NCBI GenBank assembly: GCA_041687695.1
Contig: JAWLBL010000036.1
Location: forward strand, 11,384 to 75,383
Direction: 5' to 3'
Length of the DNA stretch: 64,000 nt
From: Myxococcota bacterium
Lineage (GTDB): Bacteria; Myxococcota_A; UBA9042; PHBI01; JAWLBL01
The notes under the pieces were generated by a model. That model had not been told where the DNA came from, ran no database searches, and saw only the letters and a program-made list of their open reading frames with translations. Positions 27,201-35,217 of the stretch are shown piece by piece. Both the position numbers and the translations under genes were made by a program. How positions within the stretch are numbered: position 1 is the first letter of the stretch; the number at the start of each line of letters is the position of its first letter.

Positions 27201-28277
27201 CGCAGGCACGTCGCCGAGGCGCTGCGGCTCCCCGACGGCGAGCCGCTCGACGCGTTGGCGGCGGTGGTGGGCGACGCCTCGGGCAGCGACGAGCGGCGCA
27301 AGCACACGACCACGCGCCTGATGAACCTGGTCAAGGACCTGGACCAGGCGCTGGGGGCCGACTACCACACCGAGCTGGGCGCCGACGACGAGGTGGCGCT
27401 GGTCACGGTCGAGGACGCCGAGGGCCGGCACTCCGTCGCCGCCTTCGCCCGCGCGCTGGCCGAGCGGTTGGCCGAGCAACGCCTTCTGCTGAGCGAGCGC
27501 GAGCGCGGCCTGTTCGAGGACCAGCTGCTGGGGACCCTGTGCGGGCAGATGCACGAGCGGGTGCGACACGCGCAGCAGCTGGTGCGCGCCATGGACCGCG
27601 CCATGCGCCAGCGCAAGACGTCGAGCGGCCAGACGGTCGGCATCAAGTGGCGCCCCCACGACGACCTGTCGGCCGAGGACAAGGACATCCTGCGCCTGTT
27701 TGCCATCGACCCGGCGCACCTCGGGCCCGATCTGCTCGCGCGCCTGCGCGGGCACTTCGGCGAGCGCGTCAAGCGCGCCCGCGCCGAGCACCCCGAGACG
27801 CCCTACGCGGATCTCCTCGCCCGCGCCCTGGACTATCGCCGTTGGCACACGTTCGCGCTCGAGCTGGTCTCGCACGATGGCACTTCCGCGCCGCTGACCC
27901 GCAAGCGCTACGGCGAGCTGTCCGGCGGCGAGAAGTCGGTCGCGCTCCATCTGCCGCTCTTCGCCGCCGCCAACGCCCAATACTCCAGCGGTTTCCCCTG
28001 GGCCCCGCGCCTCATCGCGCTCGACGAGGCCTTCGCCGGCATCGACGAGACCGGCCGCCCCGAGCTGCTCGCCCTGACGGTCGCCTTCGACCTGGATCTG
28101 TTCCTGACCGGCTATGACCTGTGGGTCACCGAGCGCGCCGTCCCCGCGGTCGCCCACTACGATCTCCTGCACGATCGCGCGACGCAGACCGTCTCGGCCC
28201 TGCTCGTCCTGTGGCGCGGCGGCGAGCTGGTCGAAGGCGAGCTGGCCGAGCACGCGCTGGCCGCGCTGGCCCCGTGA
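24282..28277 (+). CDS. jetC: TIGR02680 SMC/MukB-like ATPase, Wadjet type II JetC
   Basis: ATGA overlap; RAGIINVWDY, Walker A GANGSGKT, long coiled coil, LDYRRW, signature LSGGEK and Walker B LIALDEAFAGID. Confidence 0.93.
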   Translation: MSPPTLQPAAPNGRFKPTRAGIINVWDYADETFQFADGRLVLRGANGSGKTKALEVLFPFVLDGRMDPRRLDPFSGEARTMASNLLYGGRTSAYGYVWMELTRPGQGGAAPERVTIGVGLQARQHATGVESWFFVTSLSLGEGFGLVDEERRPLTRQALTKALGEAHVFRRATDYRRAIDARLFGLGEERYEAMLDLVLTLRRPQLAKDLDPERLSAILTQGLRPLDDGLLGEIAAAFDDLEVVQQRLEQFERAERAIDEALEAYRQYLRAQASQRLSVWRGEATRLDAARTREGELRGALALAEAARETEAGAVERHEREVETARAEATALEQSEAFKNVAALEQLAQRAAEARARADADARALARTRDELARRERRRDEARQASASREREVTTLAARVAEGAEAAGVLWEAAPLGEGEGRERLSAGLTARDSEVQAVREALARAERAAEALEQAGQRVAQAEDAEARGAQRLEAAGARAEEARAALLAAVEAWAAERAADLLVPEDVQALRAAVAQVGEPDAPGLDAVLQARTEGLREGLVAERTRLSAERTRLQGEVNRVEALRAEIAAERDDAPAPLPFRPAPREGRPGAPLWRLVRFREGLSVAEQAGLESALEAAGLLDAWVDPQPAGDGDERLDAFVEARAPVAGPTLADALEVEDEPSVPAARVAAILASVPLDALGADGVGVTAAGRFGLGPLRGAFRRAEPQFIGATARAARRRRRLAELAAEARGLQAELGQVLADSAAVAGRLEALTAARKALPGAGALTAALKAVERAAGELSALRRATEEAKAHKDRQQRELNERRRALAEAARERRTPSDRAGLDALGERLAATRRDLEGLERAVDALAAAVRRAEEATADHARQAEATRAAAEAAAGSEGNAEEREAQLASLRATAGADADAVLRALEAARCAGEVAAQALKAARGRAERASNEAAGLAASLEAQRQTLAQALQAEAAAREALAVFTRRHVAEALRLPDGEPLDALAAVVGDASGSDERRKHTTTRLMNLVKDLDQALGADYHTELGADDEVALVTVEDAEGRHSVAAFARALAERLAEQRLLLSERERGLFEDQLLGTLCGQMHERVRHAQQLVRAMDRAMRQRKTSSGQTVGIKWRPHDDLSAEDKDILRLFAIDPAHLGPDLLARLRGHFGERVKRARAEHPETPYADLLARALDYRRWHTFALELVSHDGTSAPLTRKRYGELSGGEKSVALHLPLFAAANAQYSSGFPWAPRLIALDEAFAGIDETGRPELLALTVAFDLDLFLTGYDLWVTERAVPAVAHYDLLHDRATQTVSALLVLWRGGELVEGELAEHALAALAP

Positions 28278-29563
28278 ACCCCCGCGCCGCCGAGCAGCTC
28301 GCGCGCCTGCGTGAGTCGGCCTTCGCGCGCCTGTTCGACCGGGCACGGCGGCACCTCGAGCGCTCGGGCGGCGCCCTCGAAGGCGCCGTCCACCTGTCGG
28401 CCCCGAGCGACACCGAGCGCCAGGCACTCTCCGGCCTCCTGGGCCGCCCGCTGCTCGGCCGACAGCTCCGCGTCACCCTCGACGACCTCGACGCCGCCCT
28501 GCGCCGCGGCCCCCTCGCCGAGGGCCTGGCCGACGTCCTGGTCCGCCTCGGCGGCCCCCTGCGCGACCGCCCGGCCGAGCGCGACGCCCGCGCCACTCGC
28601 CTCGAAGCGACGCTGAACGACGCCCGCGCCGCCTCGGACGCTCCGTGGCTGTCGTCGTGGCTGGAGAGTCTACGAGCCGACGGCAGCCTCGCCCGCCTAG
28701 ACACCGAGGGCCTGCTGCCGCTCGTCGTCACCGCCGCCCGCATCCTGGCCTCTCTGCCCGCCGGCGACCTGCCCCTGCCCGTCCTCGCCAGCCGAGCCAC
28801 TGGCGACACCAAGGCCCTCGGTCCCGGCCGCCTGTCGACCCTGGTCCTGCGCGGCCTCGCCCTCCGCGCCGAAGCGCCGCTGCCGAGCACCGCCGCCCAG
28901 CGCCGCGACCTGTGGGCCCGCTTCGGCGTCTTCATGGACGACCTCTCGGCCCAGGTGTTGGTCCTGAACCTCCGCCCGACCGACGCCTCGCCCCTCGCCC
29001 GCTGGCTCCGCGACGCCGCCGACCACGGCGAGCCCCTCCGCCTGACCCTGCACCAGCTGGTCCGCTTCCCCCTCCAGTTCGCCCCGGCCGACGTCTTCGC
29101 CTGCGAAAACCCCGCCATCCTGCGCGCCGCCGCCGAGCGCCTCGGCCCCGCCTGCCGCCCCCTGGTCTGCACCGAGGGCGTCCCCTCGACCGCCTTCGGC
29201 CGCCTCGCCGACCTCCTCGCCGCCTCTGGCGCCCGCCTCCACTACCACGGCGACTTCGACTGGCCCGGCCTCCGCATCGCCGCCGCCATCCTCTCGCGCC
29301 CCAACGCATCGCCCTGGCGCCTGTCCGCCGCCGACTACCGCGCCGCCGTGACCGCCCTCGGCGTCCCCGGCACCGAGCCCCTCACCGGCCCGGCCGACCC
29401 CTCCCCCTGGGACCCCGCCCTCGCCGAAGCCATGCAGTCCCTCGCCCGCACCGTCTACGAGGAGTCCCTGACCGACGCGCTCCTCACCGACCTGGCCGGG
29501 CCAAAGGACCAGTCCCGAGTCGCCGACACCATGCGTGAAGACGCCGAGCCGTCTCGGAGATGA
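28274..29563 (+). CDS. jetD: TIGR02679 (DUF3323+DUF2399) Toprim nuclease, Wadjet type II JetD
   Basis: GTGA overlap; ATGDTKAL, DDLSAQVLVLNL, VFACENPAIL, LVCTEG, YHGDFDWPGLRIA and VYEE. Confidence 0.92.
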   Translation: MNPRAAEQLARLRESAFARLFDRARRHLERSGGALEGAVHLSAPSDTERQALSGLLGRPLLGRQLRVTLDDLDAALRRGPLAEGLADVLVRLGGPLRDRPAERDARATRLEATLNDARAASDAPWLSSWLESLRADGSLARLDTEGLLPLVVTAARILASLPAGDLPLPVLASRATGDTKALGPGRLSTLVLRGLALRAEAPLPSTAAQRRDLWARFGVFMDDLSAQVLVLNLRPTDASPLARWLRDAADHGEPLRLTLHQLVRFPLQFAPADVFACENPAILRAAAERLGPACRPLVCTEGVPSTAFGRLADLLAASGARLHYHGDFDWPGLRIAAAILSRPNASPWRLSAADYRAAVTALGVPGTEPLTGPADPSPWDPALAEAMQSLARTVYEESLTDALLTDLAGPKDQSRVADTMREDAEPSRR

Positions 29564-29745
29564 CCCGGCTTCGCCGCTCGTTGGCCGGCGCACTGGCTGG
29601 CACATGCGCTCCTGGTGCCGCCCGCCGGGGTGCCTGCCTTTGGGCGAGGGACGCGGACCATGAGGAGGGGTCGCAGGCGCCGGCCTGGTCATGCTCCGCG
29701 CGGACGGGAGCCGCCGCGCCGGGGGTGGGCGCGGCGGCCGAGTGG

Positions 29746-31191
29746 TCACCGGCAGACGTTCGTGCAGACCTTGGAGATGCACTGCTTGCAGGTGCCGCAG
29801 GAGGTGCCGTTCGGGGGATCGTTCGACTTGCAGGTCCCCTTGCCGTCACAGCTGTCCGGGTTGGTGCAGGGGCCGTCGGTGGAGTCGCCGCAGGCCGTGC
29901 CGGCCGACATGTGGTTGGGTTGGCACGTCCCCTTGCCGTCGCAGGTGTCGGGCTTGGTGCACTGGTTCGAGGTCGACGATCCACAGGAGGTCCCTGAAGC
30001 GCGCGGGGAGAACGCGGTCGTCGACTTCGACGGACTGCAGGCCATGCAGGCGTTCGAGGGGTTGAGCTCGCCCGAGGAGCGACAGACGCCGCCGATGAAG
30101 CACCAGCCGGACTTGGTGCTCTCGGTGCAGGTGTAGCTCTCGGAGCCCGTGCTCTTGCAGGAGGCCACGCGACAGCTCGCGGACGGGCTGGGGCACTCGA
30201 CCGCAGGACCCGGCGCGCACACGCCCATCTTGCAGGCGTCGCCCGCGGTGCAGCCGTCGCCGTCCGCGTCGCAGGCCGTCCCGTCGGGGCGCTGGGTGGG
30301 GCCGGTCGGGTCGGCCAGCGGGTCGCAGACGAGGCAGGGCGAGACCGGCATCGCGTCCCCCGCCTCGTAGCACTGTCCTTCGATGAGGCAGCTCCCGGGC
30401 TTCACCTCGGGCGCGAGGCAGCCGCCGGCGCCGTTGCACGCGGTCTGCTGGCACGGCAGTAGCCCATCGCCGCAGCTGTAGGCCGTGCCCTGGCATTGCC
30501 CGTCCGCCTGGCAGCCGTCGTCGAAGGTGCACGGGTCGCCGTCGTCACAGGCGTCGCCCAGCCGGGGCTCCGGGTCGAGCACGCAGGACTTGCTCTCCTG
30601 CTCGCAGCGGCCCACGCCGCAGGGCGCGTCCAAAAAGGCGCAGTCCCCGTCGGTCTGACACTCGCAGACGCCGCTCCAGGCCCCGGCGCAGACGCCGTCC
30701 ACCTGACAGACGTCCCCCTCGGTGCACCCGTCCTGGTCGTCGCACGCGACACCGACCGGGATGGCCACCTCGCAGCTCCCGTCGACGCACGCGGCCGTGC
30801 GGCACACCTGCTCGGGGTCCGGGCAATCGGAGGCCGCCAGGCACTCCGGCTCCGGCGCGTCGGCCTCGACGTCGTGGGGCGCCCCGTCGTCGAAGGCCAC
30901 GTCGTCGCCGACTTCGGAAGGTGCGTCCTCGATGACGTCGGGCGGCACTTCCGGGACGTCTTTGAACGCATCTTCGCCGACATCATGGGGCGGGGGTTCG
31001 ACCGCACCGTCGGACGTGCCATCGACGTCCGGCGGCGGCCGCGACACGTCGGGGTCGTCGGCGACGTCCGCCGGGCCAGCGCCCGAGTCGGCGCCACCAT
31101 CGGACACGTCCTCGACCTCGCTGACGACGATGTCACCACAGGCGGCGGTCACGGACAGCAGGATGGCGAAGGGCAGCGCGTGGGGTCTCAA
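29746..31191 (-). CDS. Cysteine-rich repeat lipoprotein (myxobacterial type)
   Basis: TTG start after AAGGAG; lipobox TAAC; D/P-rich stalk; repeats CDDGDPCTFDDGC, CTKPDTCDGKGTC and CTNPDSCDGKGTC. Confidence 0.85.
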   Translation of the reverse strand: MRPHALPFAILLSVTAACGDIVVSEVEDVSDGGADSGAGPADVADDPDVSRPPPDVDGTSDGAVEPPPHDVGEDAFKDVPEVPPDVIEDAPSEVGDDVAFDDGAPHDVEADAPEPECLAASDCPDPEQVCRTAACVDGSCEVAIPVGVACDDQDGCTEGDVCQVDGVCAGAWSGVCECQTDGDCAFLDAPCGVGRCEQESKSCVLDPEPRLGDACDDGDPCTFDDGCQADGQCQGTAYSCGDGLLPCQQTACNGAGGCLAPEVKPGSCLIEGQCYEAGDAMPVSPCLVCDPLADPTGPTQRPDGTACDADGDGCTAGDACKMGVCAPGPAVECPSPSASCRVASCKSTGSESYTCTESTKSGWCFIGGVCRSSGELNPSNACMACSPSKSTTAFSPRASGTSCGSSTSNQCTKPDTCDGKGTCQPNHMSAGTACGDSTDGPCTNPDSCDGKGTCKSNDPPNGTSCGTCKQCISKVCTNVCR

Positions 31192-31229
31192 AGCGGTTCT
31201 CCTTGGTTGTGGCAGGGACAGGGTGGGAC

Positions 31230-33332
31230 TCAGAGCAGCTCGGCGATGGCGCGAGCGGCGCGGCGGGCGCCGTCGGCGGGGACCGGGAGGTAGTCGAGGG
31301 GCCGCCGCAGCTCGGCCACCAGCGCCTCGGCGATGACCTCGGGGGTGGCGGTGGCGAAGTCCATGCGGCGCCCGGCGCGGTGGCGATCGAGGCGATGAGC
31401 GACGTGGAAGGTCTGCTCGAAGTGATGCCGCAGCGGGAAGTAGAGGAAGGGCCGACCAGCGGCGGTCAGCTCCATGGTGGTCGTGAGGCCGCCCTGCACC
31501 ACGGCGACGTCGCAGGCGGCCAGGAGCCGATAGAGCCGCGGCACATAGGCGCGCACCTCGAGCCCCTCGCAGCGCGGTAGGCTGTCGGGGTCGATGCGCG
31601 GGCCGGCGACGGCGATCATGCGCAGCTCGGGCAGCGCCCGGCGCGCCGCCGGGAGGGCCGCGATGATGCGCCGCAGCAGGGCCGCGCCGACGCCGGATCC
31701 GCCCACCGTCACGACGCAGACCTTCTCGTCGGGCCGGAACCCCAGCTCGTGGCGCAGCGCGTCGCGCGCCAGCGCTGCCGGGTCGAAGCCCGTGATGTAG
31801 CCCGAGAACTGGAAGCGCTGCTCGGTCCAGGCGCGGATGGTCGGCAGCCCCGGCCCCAGGGCGGCCGGCACGATGTCGTCGGGGTCGCCCACGAACAGCG
31901 ACAGGTCCCGCACGCGGCGATAGCGTGCCACACGCTCGACCATGTCGGCGTTGTAGTCGGCGGCCAGCGCGGCCTCGGCGGCGCCCCCCTCGGGCATCGG
32001 CAGAAAGCCCACGAAGTCGGTCATCCAGACGTGGGCGGCGCGCTTGAGCTCCGGGTTCTCGTGCCAGAAGTAGTCGACGTCCCAGGCCTCGTCGCACAGC
32101 ACGAGGTCGTAGCAGCCCGCCTCGACCACCTCCTGGAACACCAGGAAGTTGGCCAACAGGATCTCGTCCATCGAGCGGTAGGCGTGAAAGCAGTGCAGGT
32201 CGTGCTCGCAGGCCTCGGACGCCAGATGGGCGGACTCGTTGGCCAGGTGGCGGCTCGCCGCGTGGACCCGCTCGCCGTGCTCGGCCAGCACCTCGGTCAC
32301 CGGGGACTGGGCGAGCCAGTCGAGCTCCAGGTCGGGGCGCAGCGCGCGCAGCTCGTCGGCGATGGCCAGGTCGCGGCGCACGTGGCCCAGGCCGATGGGC
32401 GAGGACAGGTACAGGGCCCGCGGCGTGCGGCCGAAGGCCCGCGCCCAGGTGGTGCGGCGGACGCGCGGGGGGCCCAGCCGCTCGACGAAGTCGCCGATGA
32501 GCTGGTTGACCTTGACCGGGTCGCGCGCCTGGGGGGCGTGCCCGGCGCCCTCGAGGACCACCAGGCTGCCGCCGGTCAGCTCGGCCACGCGCGCGCCGGC
32601 CTCGACCGGGGCGATGCGGTCCTGGTCGCCGTGAATCACCAGGGTCGGGCAGGTGATGGAGGCGTACAGCGCCGCCGCCGCCTCGAGGTCGGGGCGGCCG
32701 GCGCCGAACTGGGTGGCGATCAGCGTCTCGCCGTCGGTCTCGCCCGCCCAGCCGACCGCGTCCTCGATCTGCTTGGTCGAGTGCGGCTCCGGGAAGACGT
32801 TGCGGACGAAGAACGCCGCGAAGTCCGGGTAGTCGCGGCGCCAATGATGCAGGTTGTACTTGTCCCACCCTTCGGCCGAGTCGAGCGGCCGGGTGAAGGG
32901 CACCCGCATGGCCCACTCGGGGAAGGGGCCGCACTGGGCGCTCGGCCCGATGGCCACCACCCCCAGCGCGCGCTCGGGGTGCTGCGCGACCAGCTGCAGG
33001 GCCCAGTGCCCGCCACGCGACAGGCCGACCACCACGGCGCGCGCGGTGTCGGTGGCGTCGAGCACCGCCAGGGCGTCGGCGACGAAGTGGTCGTGGGTGT
33101 AGGCCGCCGGGTCGGCCGGGCGGTCGGAGCGGCCGTTGCCGCGGCCGTCGAAGGTGACCACGCGGCCGTGGCGGGCGAAGTAGGCCACCTGGGCCTTCCA
33201 GACCTCCGAGTGGACGATGGACCAGCTGGGCATGAACAGCAGCGTCGGGGCGCCGTGGCCGTAGACCCGGTAGTGCAGCCGCACACCGTCGCGGATGACG
33301 TCGCCTTCGATATCGGGGTAGCGTGCCTTCAT
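31230..33332 (-). CDS. Alpha/beta-hydrolase fused to a GT-B glycosyltransferase-like domain
   Basis: FDGRGNGRS, GLSRGG nucleophile elbow, HGDQD and GAGH; then SSPIGLGHVRRD, VTVGGSGVG, VVQGGLTTTME and HFEQ. Confidence 0.88.
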   Translation of the reverse strand: MKARYPDIEGDVIRDGVRLHYRVYGHGAPTLLFMPSWSIVHSEVWKAQVAYFARHGRVVTFDGRGNGRSDRPADPAAYTHDHFVADALAVLDATDTARAVVVGLSRGGHWALQLVAQHPERALGVVAIGPSAQCGPFPEWAMRVPFTRPLDSAEGWDKYNLHHWRRDYPDFAAFFVRNVFPEPHSTKQIEDAVGWAGETDGETLIATQFGAGRPDLEAAAALYASITCPTLVIHGDQDRIAPVEAGARVAELTGGSLVVLEGAGHAPQARDPVKVNQLIGDFVERLGPPRVRRTTWARAFGRTPRALYLSSPIGLGHVRRDLAIADELRALRPDLELDWLAQSPVTEVLAEHGERVHAASRHLANESAHLASEACEHDLHCFHAYRSMDEILLANFLVFQEVVEAGCYDLVLCDEAWDVDYFWHENPELKRAAHVWMTDFVGFLPMPEGGAAEAALAADYNADMVERVARYRRVRDLSLFVGDPDDIVPAALGPGLPTIRAWTEQRFQFSGYITGFDPAALARDALRHELGFRPDEKVCVVTVGGSGVGAALLRRIIAALPAARRALPELRMIAVAGPRIDPDSLPRCEGLEVRAYVPRLYRLLAACDVAVVQGGLTTTMELTAAGRPFLYFPLRHHFEQTFHVAHRLDRHRAGRRMDFATATPEVIAEALVAELRRPLDYLPVPADGARRAARAIAELL

Positions 33333-33336
33333 CGGC

Positions 33337-34215
33337 TCATCCCTCCTGGGTGGGGGTTCGGCGGTCCGCGCTGGTCCGCGTCCACGACGTGACCTCGGGC
33401 GGCGCGTAGTTCGCGATGCGCGTCAGCCAGCGGAAGCCCAGCCGCTCGAGGTTGCGCAGCGACGGGTTGGGCTCGTCGGCGACCGGGGCGCCGGTCTCGG
33501 CGGTGATCCAGCGGCAGCCAGCCGCGTGCGCCAGCTCCAGACGGGCGGCGAGCAGGGCCTGCTGGGCGCCGCGGCCCCGCTGGTCGGGGCGCGTCACCGC
33601 GAACACCTGGCTGGCGACCGCGCGGTGCACGAACAGCGCCGCCGCGGCGACCACCTGGCCCCGGTCGCGCGCGACGAGCACCCGCCAATTGGCGCGGCGC
33701 ACCAGCGGCCTCACCAGGGCGCGGCTCTCGGGCGGCGCCTCGAAGCCCAGGGCGAACAGCTCGGCGACCGCGTCCGCCTCGTCGGGCCGGGCCTCGGCCA
33801 CCTCGAGCGGGGTCGCGACCTCGGGGGGCGGCGCGCCGTCGCGCACCAGCTTGACCCAGGCGCGGCGGTAGGGGGTCAGCCCGCCCTCGGTCAGCGCGGC
33901 GTGCAGCTCTGGAGCGGGACGGGCCGGCGCGTGGACGAAGAACCGGTCCACGCCGGCCGCCCGGTAGCCCTCGGTCACGAAGCGGACCAGCGCCGGGGTC
34001 ACCGGGCCGTCGAAGCCCAGCCCGAAGGCGCGGTTGAACAGCAGGCTGTCGAGGCCGGGCGCGACCAGCAGCGTCACGCCGTCGCGGCGCGAGACGCCCA
34101 GGCCGAGCCGCCGTTGGTCGGCCGCGGGGCAGCCGTCGAAGGCGTCGGCCCAGGCCAGCAGATCGACGCGGTGCAGGTCGCGCCACGGTGCGGCGCTCGG
34201 GGTCCTGAAGCTCAT
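33337..34215 (-). CDS. GNAT family N-acetyltransferase
   Basis: FNRAFGLG; acetyl-CoA motif TRPDQRGRGAQQALL; NPSLRNLERLGF. Confidence 0.85.
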   Translation of the reverse strand: MSFRTPSAAPWRDLHRVDLLAWADAFDGCPAADQRRLGLGVSRRDGVTLLVAPGLDSLLFNRAFGLGFDGPVTPALVRFVTEGYRAAGVDRFFVHAPARPAPELHAALTEGGLTPYRRAWVKLVRDGAPPPEVATPLEVAEARPDEADAVAELFALGFEAPPESRALVRPLVRRANWRVLVARDRGQVVAAAALFVHRAVASQVFAVTRPDQRGRGAQQALLAARLELAHAAGCRWITAETGAPVADEPNPSLRNLERLGFRWLTRIANYAPPEVTSWTRTSADRRTPTQEG

Positions 34216-34249
34216 GGGACTCTCCACGGGTCGTTGCGTCCGTGGAGAG

Positions 34250-34338
34250 GGCGTGACGTCCGACGGAACGATGTTCCGTGCCGGCCCGCGGTGACCCCGG
34301 CCGACGTCGGCGAACGTCGTTCCGCCGCCCGTCACGCC
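34250..34338. promoter_or_regulatory. 27-bp imperfect inverted repeat pair between divergent genes (putative operator or promoter elements)
   Basis: Arms 34250..34276 and 34312..34338 match at 23/27 positions as reverse complements; each arm contains GAAC-N3-GTTC. Confidence 0.65.
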
Positions 34339-34397
34339 TATGGGGTGAGACCCCGAGCTGCGCCCAGGCGCGGCCTCACCTCGAATGGAGACTCGAC

Positions 34398-35168
34398 ATG
34401 GCGCTCTCTCTGACCATCGTCTTCGCGATGTACGGCGCGCTGGCGGCCTGGGAGGCCCTGGCGCCCGCCCGTGCCTTCCCGCGGCCGCGCCTGTGGCGCA
34501 CGCGCGGGGCCCTGTTCTTCGCCGCCTACCTGGCCGTCGCCGCCAGCGCCCCGTTCCTGTGGGACGAGCTGCTCGCCAGCCACACCGTGTTCGACCTGAC
34601 CGGCCTCGGGACCGCCCTCGGGGCGGTGGTGGGCCTGCTGGTCTCGCAGCTCGCAACCTACTGGTGGCACCGCGCCCTGCACCGCTCCAACACGCTGTGG
34701 CGCCTGTTCCACCAGGTCCACCACAGCGCCGAGCGGCTCGACGTCTGGTCCGCCTGGATGTTCTCGCCGCTGGACGTCCTGGCCTTCGCCTTCGTGGGCA
34801 GCCTGGCGCTGGTCGGCCTCGTCGGCCTGACGCCCGAGGCGGCCCTGGCGGTCAACCTGGTGACGATGTTCCTCACCATGTTCACCCACGCCAACGTCGC
34901 GACGCCCCGGTGGCTCGGCTACCTCGTCCACCGCCCGGAGAGCCACGCCCTGCACCACGGACGCGGCATCCACGGCTTCAACTACTGCGAGCTGCCGCTG
35001 TGGGACATCGTGTTCGGCACCTTCCGCAACCCGACGCGCTTCGACGCGCCGGTCGGGTTCTACGACGGCGCCTCCGACCGCCTCGGGGCCATGCTGCTCG
35101 GGCGCGACGTCGCCTCCGAGCGCCCCGCGCCCCGGTCCGCGCCCGCCCGGGACCCGCAGCCCGCCTGA
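34398..35168 (+). CDS. Sterol desaturase / fatty acid hydroxylase family protein
   Basis: GGAG RBS; His boxes YWWHRALH, HQVHHS, FTHAN and HALHH; WDIVFGT. Confidence 0.92.
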   Translation: MALSLTIVFAMYGALAAWEALAPARAFPRPRLWRTRGALFFAAYLAVAASAPFLWDELLASHTVFDLTGLGTALGAVVGLLVSQLATYWWHRALHRSNTLWRLFHQVHHSAERLDVWSAWMFSPLDVLAFAFVGSLALVGLVGLTPEAALAVNLVTMFLTMFTHANVATPRWLGYLVHRPESHALHHGRGIHGFNYCELPLWDIVFGTFRNPTRFDAPVGFYDGASDRLGAMLLGRDVASERPAPRSAPARDPQPA

Positions 35169-35217
35169 CCTCCGGTCCGGGTGCTCGGGCCCGGCGAGTT
35201 CCGGTATAGTCCGGCTC

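Noticed and set aside
21550..28277. Extended JetB (911 aa) and JetC (1626 aa) as given in the ORF track
   Set aside because: The N-terminal extensions are low-complexity off-frame readings of the upstream genes; the true starts are at the ATGA overlaps (22969 and 24282).
34266..34322. Gram-positive LexA (Cheo) boxes
   Set aside because: The motifs are GAAC-N3-GTTC, whereas the Cheo box has N4 spacing.
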